64,000 bases of DNA from Azolla caroliniana (taxonomy: Eukaryota; Plantae; Polypodiophyta), in the NCBI GenBank assembly GCA_043228905.1, contig JBHGNT010000039.1, positions 1-64,000 of the forward strand. The letters run 5' to 3'. Below the pieces are notes generated by a model that worked only from the letters and a program-made list of their open reading frames with translations, was not told the origin of the DNA and did no database searches. Both the position numbers and the translations under genes were made by a program. Positions 41,101 through 53,579 of this stretch are shown here, piece after piece. How positions within the stretch are numbered: position 1 is the stretch's first letter; each line of letters opens with the position of its first letter.

Positions 41101-42470
41101 TAATTTCGTCATGTCTCTCGACCTTAGTTTCAAAATCTTGATTTTTTAATTCCATATCATAGCTAGCGTTGTTAGCTTCAATTCGCATGTTTGAACACAA
41201 AAATCTGATATCACACTCGCTAGGTATAACCATTTTAATTTACTCAAGGGCTCCTCTCAACTCACTCGTCAAATTTGGTAATTTCGTCATGTCTCTCGAC
41301 CTTAGTTTCAAAATCTGTATTTTTTAATTCCATATCATAGCTAGCGTTGTTAGCTTCGATTCACATGTTTGAACACAAAAATCCGATATCACACGAGCCA
41401 GGTATGAACCAATTTAATTTACTCAAGGGCTCCTCTCAACTCCCTCCTCAAATTTGCTAATTTCGTCATGTCTCTCGACGTTAGTTTCAAAATCTTGATT
41501 TTTTAATTCCATATCATAGCTAGCGTTGTTAGCTTCGATTCGCATGTTTGAACACAAAAATCCGATATCACACGAGCCAGGTATGAACAGTGTAATTTAC
41601 TCAAGGGCTCCTCTCAACTCACTCCTCAAATTTTCTAATTTCGTCATGTCTCTCGACCTTAGTTTCAAAATCTTGATTTTTTAATTCTATATCATAGCTA
41701 GCGTTGTTAGCTTCAATTCGCATGTTTGAACACAAAAATCCGATATCACACGAGTTAGGTATCAACATTTTTATTTACTCAACGGTTCCTCTCAACTCCC
41801 TCGTCAAGGTTGCTAATTTCGTGATATCTCTCGACCTGAGTTTCAAAATCTTGATTTTTTAAATCCATATCATAGCTAGCGTTGTTGGCTTCGATTCGCA
41901 TGTTTGAACACAAAAATCCGATATCACACGAGCTAGGTATGAACATTTTAATTTACTCAAGGGCTCCTCTCAACTCCCTCGTCAAGGTTTCTAATTTCGT
42001 CATGTCTCTCGACCTTAGTTTCAAAATCTTGATTTTTTTAATTCCATATCATAGCTAGCGTTGTTAGCTTCGATTTGCATGTTTGAACACAAAAATCCGA
42101 TATCACCCGAGCTAGGTATGAACATTTTTATTTACTCAAGGGCTCCTCTCAACTCCCTCGTCAAGGTTGCTAATTTCGTCATGTCTCTCGACCTGAGTTT
42201 CAAAATCTTGATTTTTTAATTCCATATCATAGCTAGCGTTGTTAGCTTCGATTCGCATGTTTGAACACAAAAATCCGATATCACACGTGCTAGGTATAAC
42301 CAATTTAATTTACTCAAGGGCTCCTCTCAACTCACTCCTCAAATTTGCTAATTTCGTCATGTCTCTCGACCTTAGTTTCAAAATCTTGATTTTTTAATTC
42401 CATATCATAGCTAGCGTTGTTAGCTTCGATTCGCATGTTTGAACACAAATATCCGATATCACACGAGCTA
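38177..42470. repeat. 13-mer period duplication (2316 bp), second copy about 11 monomers
   Basis: The markers aaatctGTa (39001/41317), gattcAca, ttttcta, caaCgg, gtGatat and cacCcgag recur at offset 2316 = 13x178+2. Confidence 0.85.
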
Positions 42471-42630
42471 GGTATGAACAGTGTAATTTACTCAAGGGCT
42501 CCTCTCAACTCCCTCCTCAAATTTGCTAATTTCGTCATGTCTCTCGACCTTAGTTTCAAAATCTTGATTTTTTAAGTCCATATCATTGCTAGTGTTGTTA
42601 GCTTCGATTCGCATGTTTGAACACAAAAAT

Positions 42631-45600
42631 CCGATATCACACGAGCTAGGTATGAACATTTTAATTTACTCAAGGGCTCCTCTCAACTCCCTCCTCAAAT
42701 TTTGTAATTTCGTCATGTCTCTCGACCTGGGTTTCAAAATCTTGATTTTTTAAGTCCATATCATAGCTAGCGTTGTTAGCTTTGATTCGCATGTTTGAAC
42801 ACAAAAATCCGATATCACACGAGCCAGGTATGAACATTTTAATTTACTCAAGGGCTCCTCTCAACTCCCTCCTCAAATTTGGTAATTTCGTCATGTCTCT
42901 TGACCTGAGTTTCAAAATCTTGATTTTTTAATTCCATATCATAGCTAGCGTTGTTAGCTTCGATTCGCATGTTTGTACACAAATATCCGATATCACACGA
43001 GCTAGGTATGAACATTTTAATTTACTCAAGGGCTCCTCTCAACTCACTCCTCAAATTTGCTAATTTCGTCATGTCTCTTGACCTGAGTTTCAAAATCTTG
43101 ATTTTTTAATTCCATATCATAGCTAGCGTTGTTAGCTTCGATTCGCATGTTTGAACACAAAAATCCGATATCACACGAGCCAGGTATGAACATTTTAATT
43201 TACTCAAGGGCTCTTCTCAACTCACTCCTCAAATTTGCTAATTTCGTCATGTCTCTCGACCTTAGTTTAAAAATCTTGATTTTTTAATTCTATATCATAG
43301 CTAGCGTTGTTAGCTTCAATTCGCATGTTTGAACACAAAAATCCGATATCACACGAGTTAGGTATCAACATTTTTATTTACTCAAGGGTTCCTCTCAACT
43401 CCCTCGTCAAGGTTGCTAATTTCGTCATATCTCTCGACCTGAGTTTCAAAATCTTGATTTTTTAAATCCATATCATAGCTAGCGTTGTTGGCTTCGATTC
43501 GCATGTTTGAACACAAAAATCCGATATCACACGAGCCAGGTATGAACATTGTAATTTACCTACTAGCTCTTCTCAACTCCCTCCTCAAATTTGCTAATTT
43601 CGTCATGTCTCTCGACCTGAGTTTCAAAATCTTGATTTTTTAATTCCATATCATAGCTAGCGTTATTAGCTTCGATTCGCATGTTTGAACACAAAAATCC
43701 GATATCACACGAGCTAGGTATGAACATTTTTATTTACTCAAGGGTTCCTCTCAACTCCCTCGTCAAGGTTGCTAATTTCGTCATACCTCTCGACCTGAGT
43801 TTCAAAATCTTGATTTTTTAAATCCATATCATAGCTAGCGTTGTTGGCTTCGATTCGCATGTTTGAACACAAAAATCCGATATCACACGAGCCAGGTATG
43901 AACATTGTAATTTACCTACTAGCTCTTCTCAACTCCCTCCTCAAATTTGGTAATTTCGTCATGTCTCTCGACCTTAGTTTCAAAATCTTGATTTTTTAAT
44001 TCCATATCATAGCTAGCGTTGTTAGCTTCGATTCGCATGTTTGAACACAAAAATCCGATATCACACTCGCTAGGTATGAACATTTTAATTTACTCAAGGG
44101 CTCCTCTCAACTCACTCCTCAAACTTGCTAATTTCTTCATGTCTCTCGACCTGAGTTTCAAAATCTTGATTTTTTAATTCAATATCATAGCTAGCGTTGT
44201 TAGCTTCGATTCGCATGTTTGAACACAAAAATCCGATATCACACGAGCTAGGTATGAACATTTTAATTTACTCAAGGGCTCCTCTCAACTCCCTCCTCAA
44301 ATTTTGTAATTTCGTCATGTCTCTCGACCTGGGTTTCAAAATCTTGATTTTCTAATTCCATATCATAGCTAGCGTTGTTAGCTTTGATTCGCATGTTTGA
44401 ACACAAAAATCCGATATCACACGAGCCAGGTATGAACATTTTAATTTACTCAAGGGCTCCTCTCAACTCCCTCCTCAAATTTGGTAATTTCGTCATGTCT
44501 CTTGACCTGAGTTTCAAAATCTTGATTTTTTAATTCCATATCATAGCTAGCGTTGTTAGCTTCGATTCGCATGTTTGTACACAAATATCCGATATCACAC
44601 GAGCTAGGTATGAACATTTTAATTTACTCAAGGGCTCCTCTCAACTCACTCCTCAAATTTGCTAATTTCGTCATGTCTCTCGACGTTAGTTTCAAAATCT
44701 TGATTTTTTAATTCCATATCATAGCTAGCGTTGTTAGCTTCGATTCGCATGTTTGAACACAAAAATCCGATATCACACGAGCCAGGTATGAACATTTTAA
44801 TTTACTCAAGGGCTCTTCTCAACTCACTCCTCAAATTTGCTAATTTCGTCATGTCTCTCGACCTTAGTTTCAAAATCTTGATTTTTTAATTCTATATCAT
44901 AGCTAGCGTTGTTAGCTTCAATTCGCATGTTTGAACACAAAAATCCGATATCACACGAGTTAGGTATCAACATTTTTATTTACTCAAGGGTTCCTCTCAA
45001 CTCCCTCGTCAAGGTTGCTAATTTCGTCATATCTCTCGACCTGAGTTTCAAAATCTTGATTTTTTAAATCCATATCATAGCTAGCGTTGTTGGCTTCGAT
45101 TCGCATGTTTGAACACAAAAATCCGATATCACACGAGCCAGGTATGAACATTGTAATTTACCTACTAGCTCTTCTCAACTCCCTCCTCAAATTTGCTAAT
45201 TTCGTCATGTCTCTCGACCTGAGTTTCAAAATCTTGATTTTTTAATTCCATATCATAGCTAGCGTTATTAGCTTCGATTCGCATGTTTGAACACAAAAAT
45301 CCGATATCACACGAGCTAGGTATGAACATTTTTATTTACTCAAGGGTTCCTCTCAACTCCCTCGTCAAGGTTGCTAATTTCGTCATACCTCTCGACCTGA
45401 GTTTCAAAATCTTGATTTTTTAAATCCATATCATAGCTAGCGTTGTTGGCTTCGATTCGCATGTTTGAACACAAAAATCCGATATCACACGAGCCAGGTA
45501 TGAACATTGTAATTTACCTACTAGCTCTTCTCAACTCCCTCCTCAAATTTGGTAATTTCGTCATGTCTCTCGACCTTAGTTTCAAAATCTTGATTTTTTA

Positions 45601-45920
45601 ATTCCATATCATAGCTAGCGTTGTTAGCTTCGATTCGCATGTTTGAACACAAAAATCCGATATCACACTCGCTAGGTATGAACATTTTAATTTACTCAAG
45701 GGCTCCTCTCAACTCACTCCTCAAACTTGCTAATTTCTTCATGTCTCTCGACCTGAGTTTCAAAATCTTGATTTTTTAATTCAATATCATAGCTAGCGTT
45801 GTTAGCTTCGATTCGCATGTTTGAACACAAAAATCCGATATCACACGAGCTAGGTATGAACATTTTAATTTACTCAAGGGCTCCTCTCAACTCCCTCCTC
45901 AAATTTTGTAATTTCGTCAT
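42631..45920. repeat. 9-mer higher-order repeat (1602 bp), 2 copies
   Basis: gttAttagc (43665/45267), ttcAatat and the monomer order recur at offset 1602 = 9x178. Confidence 0.85.
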
Positions 45921-48900
45921 GTCTCTCGACCTTAGTTTCAAAATCTTGATTTTTTAATTCCATATCATAGCTAGCGTTGTTAGCTTCGATTCGCATGTTT
46001 GAACACAAAAATCCGATATCACACGAGCCAGGTATGAACCAATTTAATTTACTCAAGGGCTCCTCTCAACTCCCTCCTCAAATTTGCTAATTTCGTCATG
46101 TCTCTCGACCTTAGTTTCAAAATCTTGATTTTTTAATTCCATATCATAGCTAGCGTTGTTAGCTTCGATTCGCATGTTTGAACACAAAAATCCGATATCA
46201 CACGAGCCAGGTATGAACAGTGTAATTTACTCAAGGGCTCTTCTCAACTCACTCCTCAAATTTGCTAATTTCGTCATGTCTCTCGACCTTAGTTTCAAAA
46301 TCTTGATTTTTTAATTCCATATCATTGCTAGTGTTGTTAGCTTCGATTCGCATGTTTGAACACAAAAATCCGATATCACACGAGCTAGGTATGAACATTT
46401 TAATTTACTCAAGGGCTCCTCTCAACTCCCTCCTCAAATTTTGTAATTTCGTCATGTCTCTCGACCTGGGTTTCAAAATCTTGATTTTTTAAGTCCATAT
46501 CATAGCTAGCGTTGTTAGCTTTGATTCGCATGTTTGAACACAAAAATCCGATATCACACGAGCCAGGTATGAACATTTTAATTTACTCAAGGGCTCCTCT
46601 CAACTCCCTCCTCAAATTTGGTAATTTCGTCATGTCTCTTGACCTGAGTTTCAAAATCTTGATTTTTTAATTCCATATCATAGCTAGCGTTGTTAGCTTC
46701 GATTCGCATGTTTGTACACAAATATCCGATATCACACGAGCTAGGTATGAACATTTTAATTTACTCAAGGGCTCCTCTCAACTCACTCCTCAAATTTGCT
46801 AATTTCGTCATGTCTCTCGACGTTAGTTTCAAAATCTTGATTTTTTAATTCCATATCATAGCTAGCGTTGTTAGCTTCGATTCGCATGTTTGAACACAAA
46901 AATCCGATATCACACGAGCCAGGTATGAACAGTGTAATTTACTCAAGGGCTCTTCTCAACTCACTCCTCAAATTTGCTAATTTCGTCATGTCTCTCGACC
47001 TTAGTTTCAAAATCTTGATTTTTTAATTCCATATCATTGCTAGTGTTGTTAGCTTCGATTCGCATGTTTGAACACAAAAATCCGATATCACACGAGCTAG
47101 GTATGAACATTTTAATTTACTCAAGGGCTCCTCTCAACTCCCTCCTCAAATTTTGTAATTTCGTCATGTCTCTCGACCTGGGTTTCAAAATCTTGATTTT
47201 TTAATTCCATATCATAGCTAGCGTTGTTAGCTTCGATTCGCATGTTTGAACACAAAAATCTGATATCACACTCGCTAGGTATAACCATTTTAATTTACTC
47301 AAGGGCTCCTCTCAACTCACTCCTCAAATTTGGTAATTTCGTCATGTCTCTCGACCTTAGTTTCAAAATCTTGATTTTTTAATTCCATATCATAGCTAGC
47401 GTTGTTAGCTTCGATTCGCATGTTTGAACACAAAAATCCGATATCACACGAGCTAGGTATGAACATTTTTATTTACTCAAGGGCTCCTCTCAACTCGCTC
47501 GTCAAGGTTGCTAATTTCGTCACGTCTCTCGACCTTAGTTTCAAAATCTTGATTTTTTTAATTCCATATCATAGCTAGCGTTGTTAGCTTCGATTCGCAT
47601 GTTTGAACACAAAAATCCGATATCACACGAGCTAGGTATGAACATTTTTATTTACTCAAGGGCTCCTCTCAACTCGCTCGTCAAGGTTGCTAATTTCGTC
47701 ATGTCTCTCGACCTTAGTTTCAAAATCTTGATTTTTTAATTCTATATCATAGCTAGCGTTGTTAGCTTCGATTCGCATGTTTGAACACAAAAATCCGATA
47801 TCACACGAGTTAGGTATCAACATTTTTATTTACTCAAGGGTTCCTCTCAACTCCCTCGTCAAGGTTGCTAATTTCGTCATATCTCTCGACCTGAGTTTCA
47901 AAATCTTGATTTTTTAAATCCATATCATAGCTAGCGTTGTTGGCTTCGATTCGCATGTTTGAACACAAAAATCCGATATCACACGAGCCAGGTATGAACA
48001 TTGTAATTTACCTACTAGCTCTTCTCAACTCCCTCCTCAAATTTGCTAATTTCGTCATGTCTCTCGACCTGAGTTTCAAAATCTTGATTTTTTAATTCCA
48101 TATCATAGCTAGCGTTATTAGCTTCGATTCGCATGTTTGAACACAAAAATCCGATATCACACGAGCTAGGTATGAACATTTTTATTTACTCAAGGGTTCC
48201 TCTCAACTCCCTCGTCAAGGTTGCTAATTTCGTCATACCTCTCGACCTGAGTTTCAAAATCTTGATTTTTTAAATCCATATCATAGCTAGCGTTGTTGGC
48301 TTCGATTCGCATATTTGAACACAAAAATCCGATATCACACGAGCCAGGTATGAACATTGTAATTTACCTACTAGCTCTTCTCAACTCCCTCCTCAAATTT
48401 GGTAATTTCGTCATGTGTCTCGACCTTAGTTTCAAAATCTTGATTTTTTAATTCCATATCATAGCTAGCGTTGTTAGCTTCGATTCGCATGTTTGAACAC
48501 AAAAATCCGATATCACACTCGCTAGGTATGAACATTTTAATTTACTCAAGGGCTCCTCTCAACTCACTCCTCAAACTTGCTAATTTCTTCATGTCTCTCG
48601 ACCTGAGTTTCAAAATCTTGATTTTTTAATTCCATATCATAGCTAGCGTTGTTAGCTTCGATTCGCATGTTTGAACACAAAAATCCGATATCACACGAGC
48701 TAGGTATGAACATTTTAATTTACTCAAGGGCTCCTCTCAACTCCCTCAAATTTTGTAATTTCGTCATGTCTCTCGACCTGGGTTTCAAAATCTTGATTTT
48801 TTAAATCTATATCATAGCTAGCGTTGTTGGCTTCGATTCGCATGTTTGAACACAAAAATCCGATATCACACGAGCCAGGTATGAACATTGTAATTTACCT

Positions 48901-51434
48901 ACTAGCTCTTCTCAACTCCCTCCTCAAATTTGCTAATTTCGTCATGTCTCTCGACCTGAGTTTCAAAATCTTGATTTTTTAATTCCATATCATAGCTAGC
49001 GTTGTTAGCTTCGATTCGCATGTTTGAACACAAAAATCCGATATCACACGAGCTAGGTATGAACATTTTTATTTACTCAAGGGCTCCTCTCAACTCCCTC
49101 CTCAAATTTGCTAATTTCGTCATGTCTCTCGACCTTAGTTTCAAAATCTTGATTTTTTCATTCCATATCATAGCTAACGTTGTTAGCTTCGATTCGCATG
49201 TTTGAACACAAAAATCCGATATCACACGTGCTAGGTATAACCAATTTAATTTACTCAAGGGCTCCTCTCAACTCACTCCTCAAATTTGCTAATTTCGTCA
49301 TGTCTCTCGACCTGGGTTTCAAAATCTTGATTTTTTAATTCCATATCATAGCTAGCGTTGTTAGCTTCGATTCGCATGTTTGAACACAAAAATCTGATAT
49401 CACACTCGCTAGGTATAACCATTTTAATTTACTCAAGGGCTCCTCTCAACTCACTCGTCAAATTTGGTAATTTCGTCATGTCTCTCGACCTTAGTTTCAA
49501 AATCTTTATTTTTTAATTCCATATCATAGCTAGCGTTGTTAGCTTCGATTCACATGTTTGAACACAAAAATCCGATATCACACGAGCCAGGTATGAACCA
49601 ATTTAATTTACTCAAGGGCTCCTCTCAACTCCCTCCTCAAATTTGCTAATTTCGTCATGTCTCTCGACGTTAGTTTCAAAATCTTGATTTTTTAATTCCA
49701 TATCATAGCTAGTGTTGTTAGCTTCGATTCGCATGTTTGAACACAAAAATCCGATATCACACGAGCCAGGTATGAACAGTGTAATTTACTCAAGGGCTCC
49801 TCTCAACTCACTCCTCAAATTTTCTAATTTCGTCATGTCTCTCGACCTTAGTTTCAAAATCTTGATTTTTTAATTCCATATCATAGCTAGCGTTGTTAGC
49901 TTCGATTCGCATGTTTGAACACAAAAATCCGATATCACACGAGCTAGGTATGAACATTTTTATTTACTCAAGGGTTCCTCTCAACTCCCTCGTCAAGGTT
50001 GCTAATTTCGTCATACCTCTCGACCTGAGTTTCAAAATCTTGATTTTTTAATTCCATATCATAGCTAGCGTTGTTAGCTTCGATTCGCATGTTTGAACAC
50101 AAAAATCCGATATCACACGAGTTAGGTATCAACATATTTATTTACTCAACGGTTCCTCTCAACTCCCTCGTCAAGGTTGCTAATTTCGTCATATCTCTCG
50201 ACCTGAGTTTCAAAATCTTGATTTTTTAAATCCATATCATAGCTAGCGTTGTTGGCTTCGATTCGCATGTTTGAACACAAAAATCCGATATCACACGAGC
50301 TAGGTATGAACATTTTTATTTACTCAAGGGCTCCTCTCAACTCCCTCGTCAAGGTTGCTAATTTCGTCATGTCTCTCGACCTTAGTTTCAAAATCTTGAT
50401 TTTTTTAATTCCATATCATAGCTAGCGTTGTTAGCTTCGATTTGCATGTTTGAACACAAAAATCCGATATCACACGAGCCAGGTATGAACATTTTAATTT
50501 ACTCAAGGGTTCTTCTCAACTCCCTCGTCAAGGTTGCTAATTTCGTCATATCTCTCGACCTGAGTTTCAAAATCTTGATTTTTTAAATCCATATCATAGC
50601 TAGCGTTGCTGGCTTCGATTCGCAAAAATCCGATATCACACGAAAATCCGATATCACACGAGCCAGGTATGAACATTGTAATTTACCTACTAGCTCTTCT
50701 CAACTCACTCCTCAAACTTGCTAATTTCTTCATGTCTCTCGACCTGAGTTTCAAAATCTTGATTTTTTAATTCCATATCATAGCTAGCGTTGTTAGCTTC
50801 CATTCGCATGTTTGAACACAAAAATCCGATATCACACGAGCCAGGTATGAACATTTTAATTTACTCAAGGGCTCCTCTCAACTCCCTCCTCAAATTTTGT
50901 AATTTCGTCATGTCTCTCGACCTGGGTTTCAAAATCTTGATTTTTTAATTCCATATCATAGCTAGCGTTGTTAGCTTCGATTCGCATGTTTGAACACAAA
51001 AATCCGATATCACACGAGCCAGGTATGAACCAATTTAATTTACTCAAGGGCTCCTCTCAACTCCCTCCTCAAATTTGCTAATTTCGTCATGTCTCTCGAC
51101 GTTAGTTTCAAAATCTTGATTTTTTAATTCCATATCATAGCTAGCGTTGTTAGCTTCGATTCGCATGTTTGAACACAAAAATCCGATATCACACGAGCCA
51201 GGTATGAACAGTGTAATTTACTCAAGGGCTCTTCTCAACTCACTCCTCAAATTTGCTAATTTCGTCATGTCTCTCGACCTTAGTTTCAAAATCTTGATTT
51301 TTTAATTCCATATCATAGCTAGCGTTGTTAGCTTCGATTCGCATGTTTGAACACAAAAATCCGATATCACACGAGCTAGGTATGAACATTTTAATTTACT
51401 CAAGGGCTCCTCTCAACTCCCTCCTCAAATTTTG

Positions 51435-51471
51435 TAAACCCTAAACCCTAAACCCTAAACCCTAAACCCTA
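51435..51471 (-). repeat. Interstitial telomeric sequence (TAAACCC)5TA, copy 1
   Basis: A perfect 37-bp tract inside a satellite monomer that is shortened to 141 bp (51361-51501). Confidence 0.97.
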
Positions 51472-53542
51472 GCTTCGATTCGCATGTTTGAACACAAAAA
51501 TCCGATATCACACGAGTTAGGTATCAACATTTTTATTTACTCAAGGGTTCCTCTCAACTCCCTCGTCAAGATTGCTAATTTCGTCATATCTCTCGACCTA
51601 AGTTTCAAAATCTTGATTTTTTAAATCCATATCATAGCTAGCGTTGTTGGCTTCGATTCGCATGTTTGAACACAAAAATCCGATATCACACGAGCCAGGT
51701 ATGAACATTGTAATTTACCTACTAGCTCTTCTCAACTCCCTCCTCAAATTTGCTAATTTCGACATGTCTCTCGACCTTAGTTTCAAAATCTTGATTTTTT
51801 AATTCCATATCATAGCTAGCGTTGTTAGCTTCGATTCGCATGTTTGAACACAAAAATCCGATATCACACGAGCTAGGTATGAACATTTTTATTTACTCAA
51901 GGGTTCCTCTCAACTCCCTCGTCAAGGTTGCTAATTTCGTCATACCTCTCGACCTGAGTTTCAAAATCTTGATTTTTTAATTCCATATCATAGCTAGCGT
52001 TGTTAGCTCCGATTCGCATGTTTGAACACAAAAATCCGATATCACACGAGTTAGGTATCAACATATTTATTTACTCAACGGTTCCTCTCAACTCCCTCGT
52101 CAAGGTTGCTAATTTCGTCATATCTCTCGACCTGAGTTTCAAAGTCTTGATTTTTTAAATCCATATCATAGCTAGCGTTGTTGGCTTCGATTCGCATGTT
52201 TGAACACAAAAATCCGATATCACACGAGCTAGGTATGAACATTTTTATTTACTCAAGGGCTCCTCTCAACTCCCTCGTCAAGGTTGCTAATTTCGTCATG
52301 TCTCTCGACCTTAGTTTCAAAATCTTGATTTTTTTAATTCCATATCATAGCTAGCGTTGTTAGCTTCGATTTGCATGTTTGAACACAAAAATCCGATATC
52401 ACACGAGCTAGGTATGAACATTTTTATTTACTCAAGGGCTCCTCTCAACTCCCTCGTCAAGGTTGCTAATTTCGTCATGTCTCTCGACCTTAGTTTCAAA
52501 ATCTTGATTTTTTTAATTCCATATCATAGCTAGCGTTGTTAGCTTCGATTTGCATGTTTGAACACAAAAATCCGATATCACACGAGCCAGGTATGAACAT
52601 TTTAATTTACTCAAGGGTTCTTCTCAACTCCCTCGTCAAGGTTGCTAATTTCGTCATATCTCTCGACCTGAGTTTCAAAATCTTGATTTTTTAAATCCAT
52701 ATCATAGCTAGCGTTGCTGGCTTCGATTCGCAAAAATCCGATATCACACGAAAATCCGATATCACACGAGCCAGGTATGAACATTGTAATTTACCTACTA
52801 GCTCTTCTCAACTCACTCCTCAAACTTGCTAATTTCTTCATGTCTCTCGACCTGAGTTTCAAAATCTTGATTTTTTAATTCCATATCATAGCTAGCGTTG
52901 TTAGCTTCCATTCGCATGTTTGAACACAAAAATCCGATATCACACGAGCCAGGTATGAACATTTTAATTTACTCAAGGGCTCCTCTCAACTCCCTCCTCA
53001 AATTTTGTAATTTCGTCATGTCTCTCGACCTGGGTTTCAAAATCTTGATTTTTTAATTCCATATCATAGCTAGCGTTGTTAGCTTCGATTCGCATGTTTG
53101 AACACAAAAATCCGATATCACACGAGCCAGGTATGAACCAATTTAATTTACTCAAGGGCTCCTCTCAACTCCCTCCTCAAATTTGCTAATTTCGTCATGT
53201 CTCTCGACGTTAGTTTCAAAATCTTGATTTTTTAATTCCATATCATAGCTAGCGTTGTTAGCTTCGATTCGCATGTTTGAACACAAAAATCCGATATCAC
53301 ACGAGCCAGGTATGAACAGTGTAATTTACTCAAGGGCTCTTCTCAACTCACTCCTCAAATTTGCTAATTTCGTCATGTCTCTCGACCTTAGTTTCAAAAT
53401 CTTGATTTTTTAATTCCATATCATAGCTAGCGTTGTTAGCTTCGATTCGCATGTTTGAACACAAAAATCCGATATCACACGAGCTAGGTATGAACATTTT
53501 AATTTACTCAAGGGCTCCTCTCAACTCCCTCCTCAAATTTTG

Positions 53543-53579
53543 TAAACCCTAAACCCTAAACCCTAAACCCTAAACCCTA
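53543..53579 (-). repeat. Interstitial telomeric sequence (TAAACCC)5TA, copy 2
   Basis: Identical tract and junctions to copy 1, located 2108 bp downstream. Confidence 0.97.

Noticed and set aside
51435-53579. Telomere-telomere fusion site or mobile element bounded by the two telomeric tracts
   Set aside because: The tracts are direct repeats, not head-to-head. The DNA between them is ordinary satellite, and a tandem duplication explains both.
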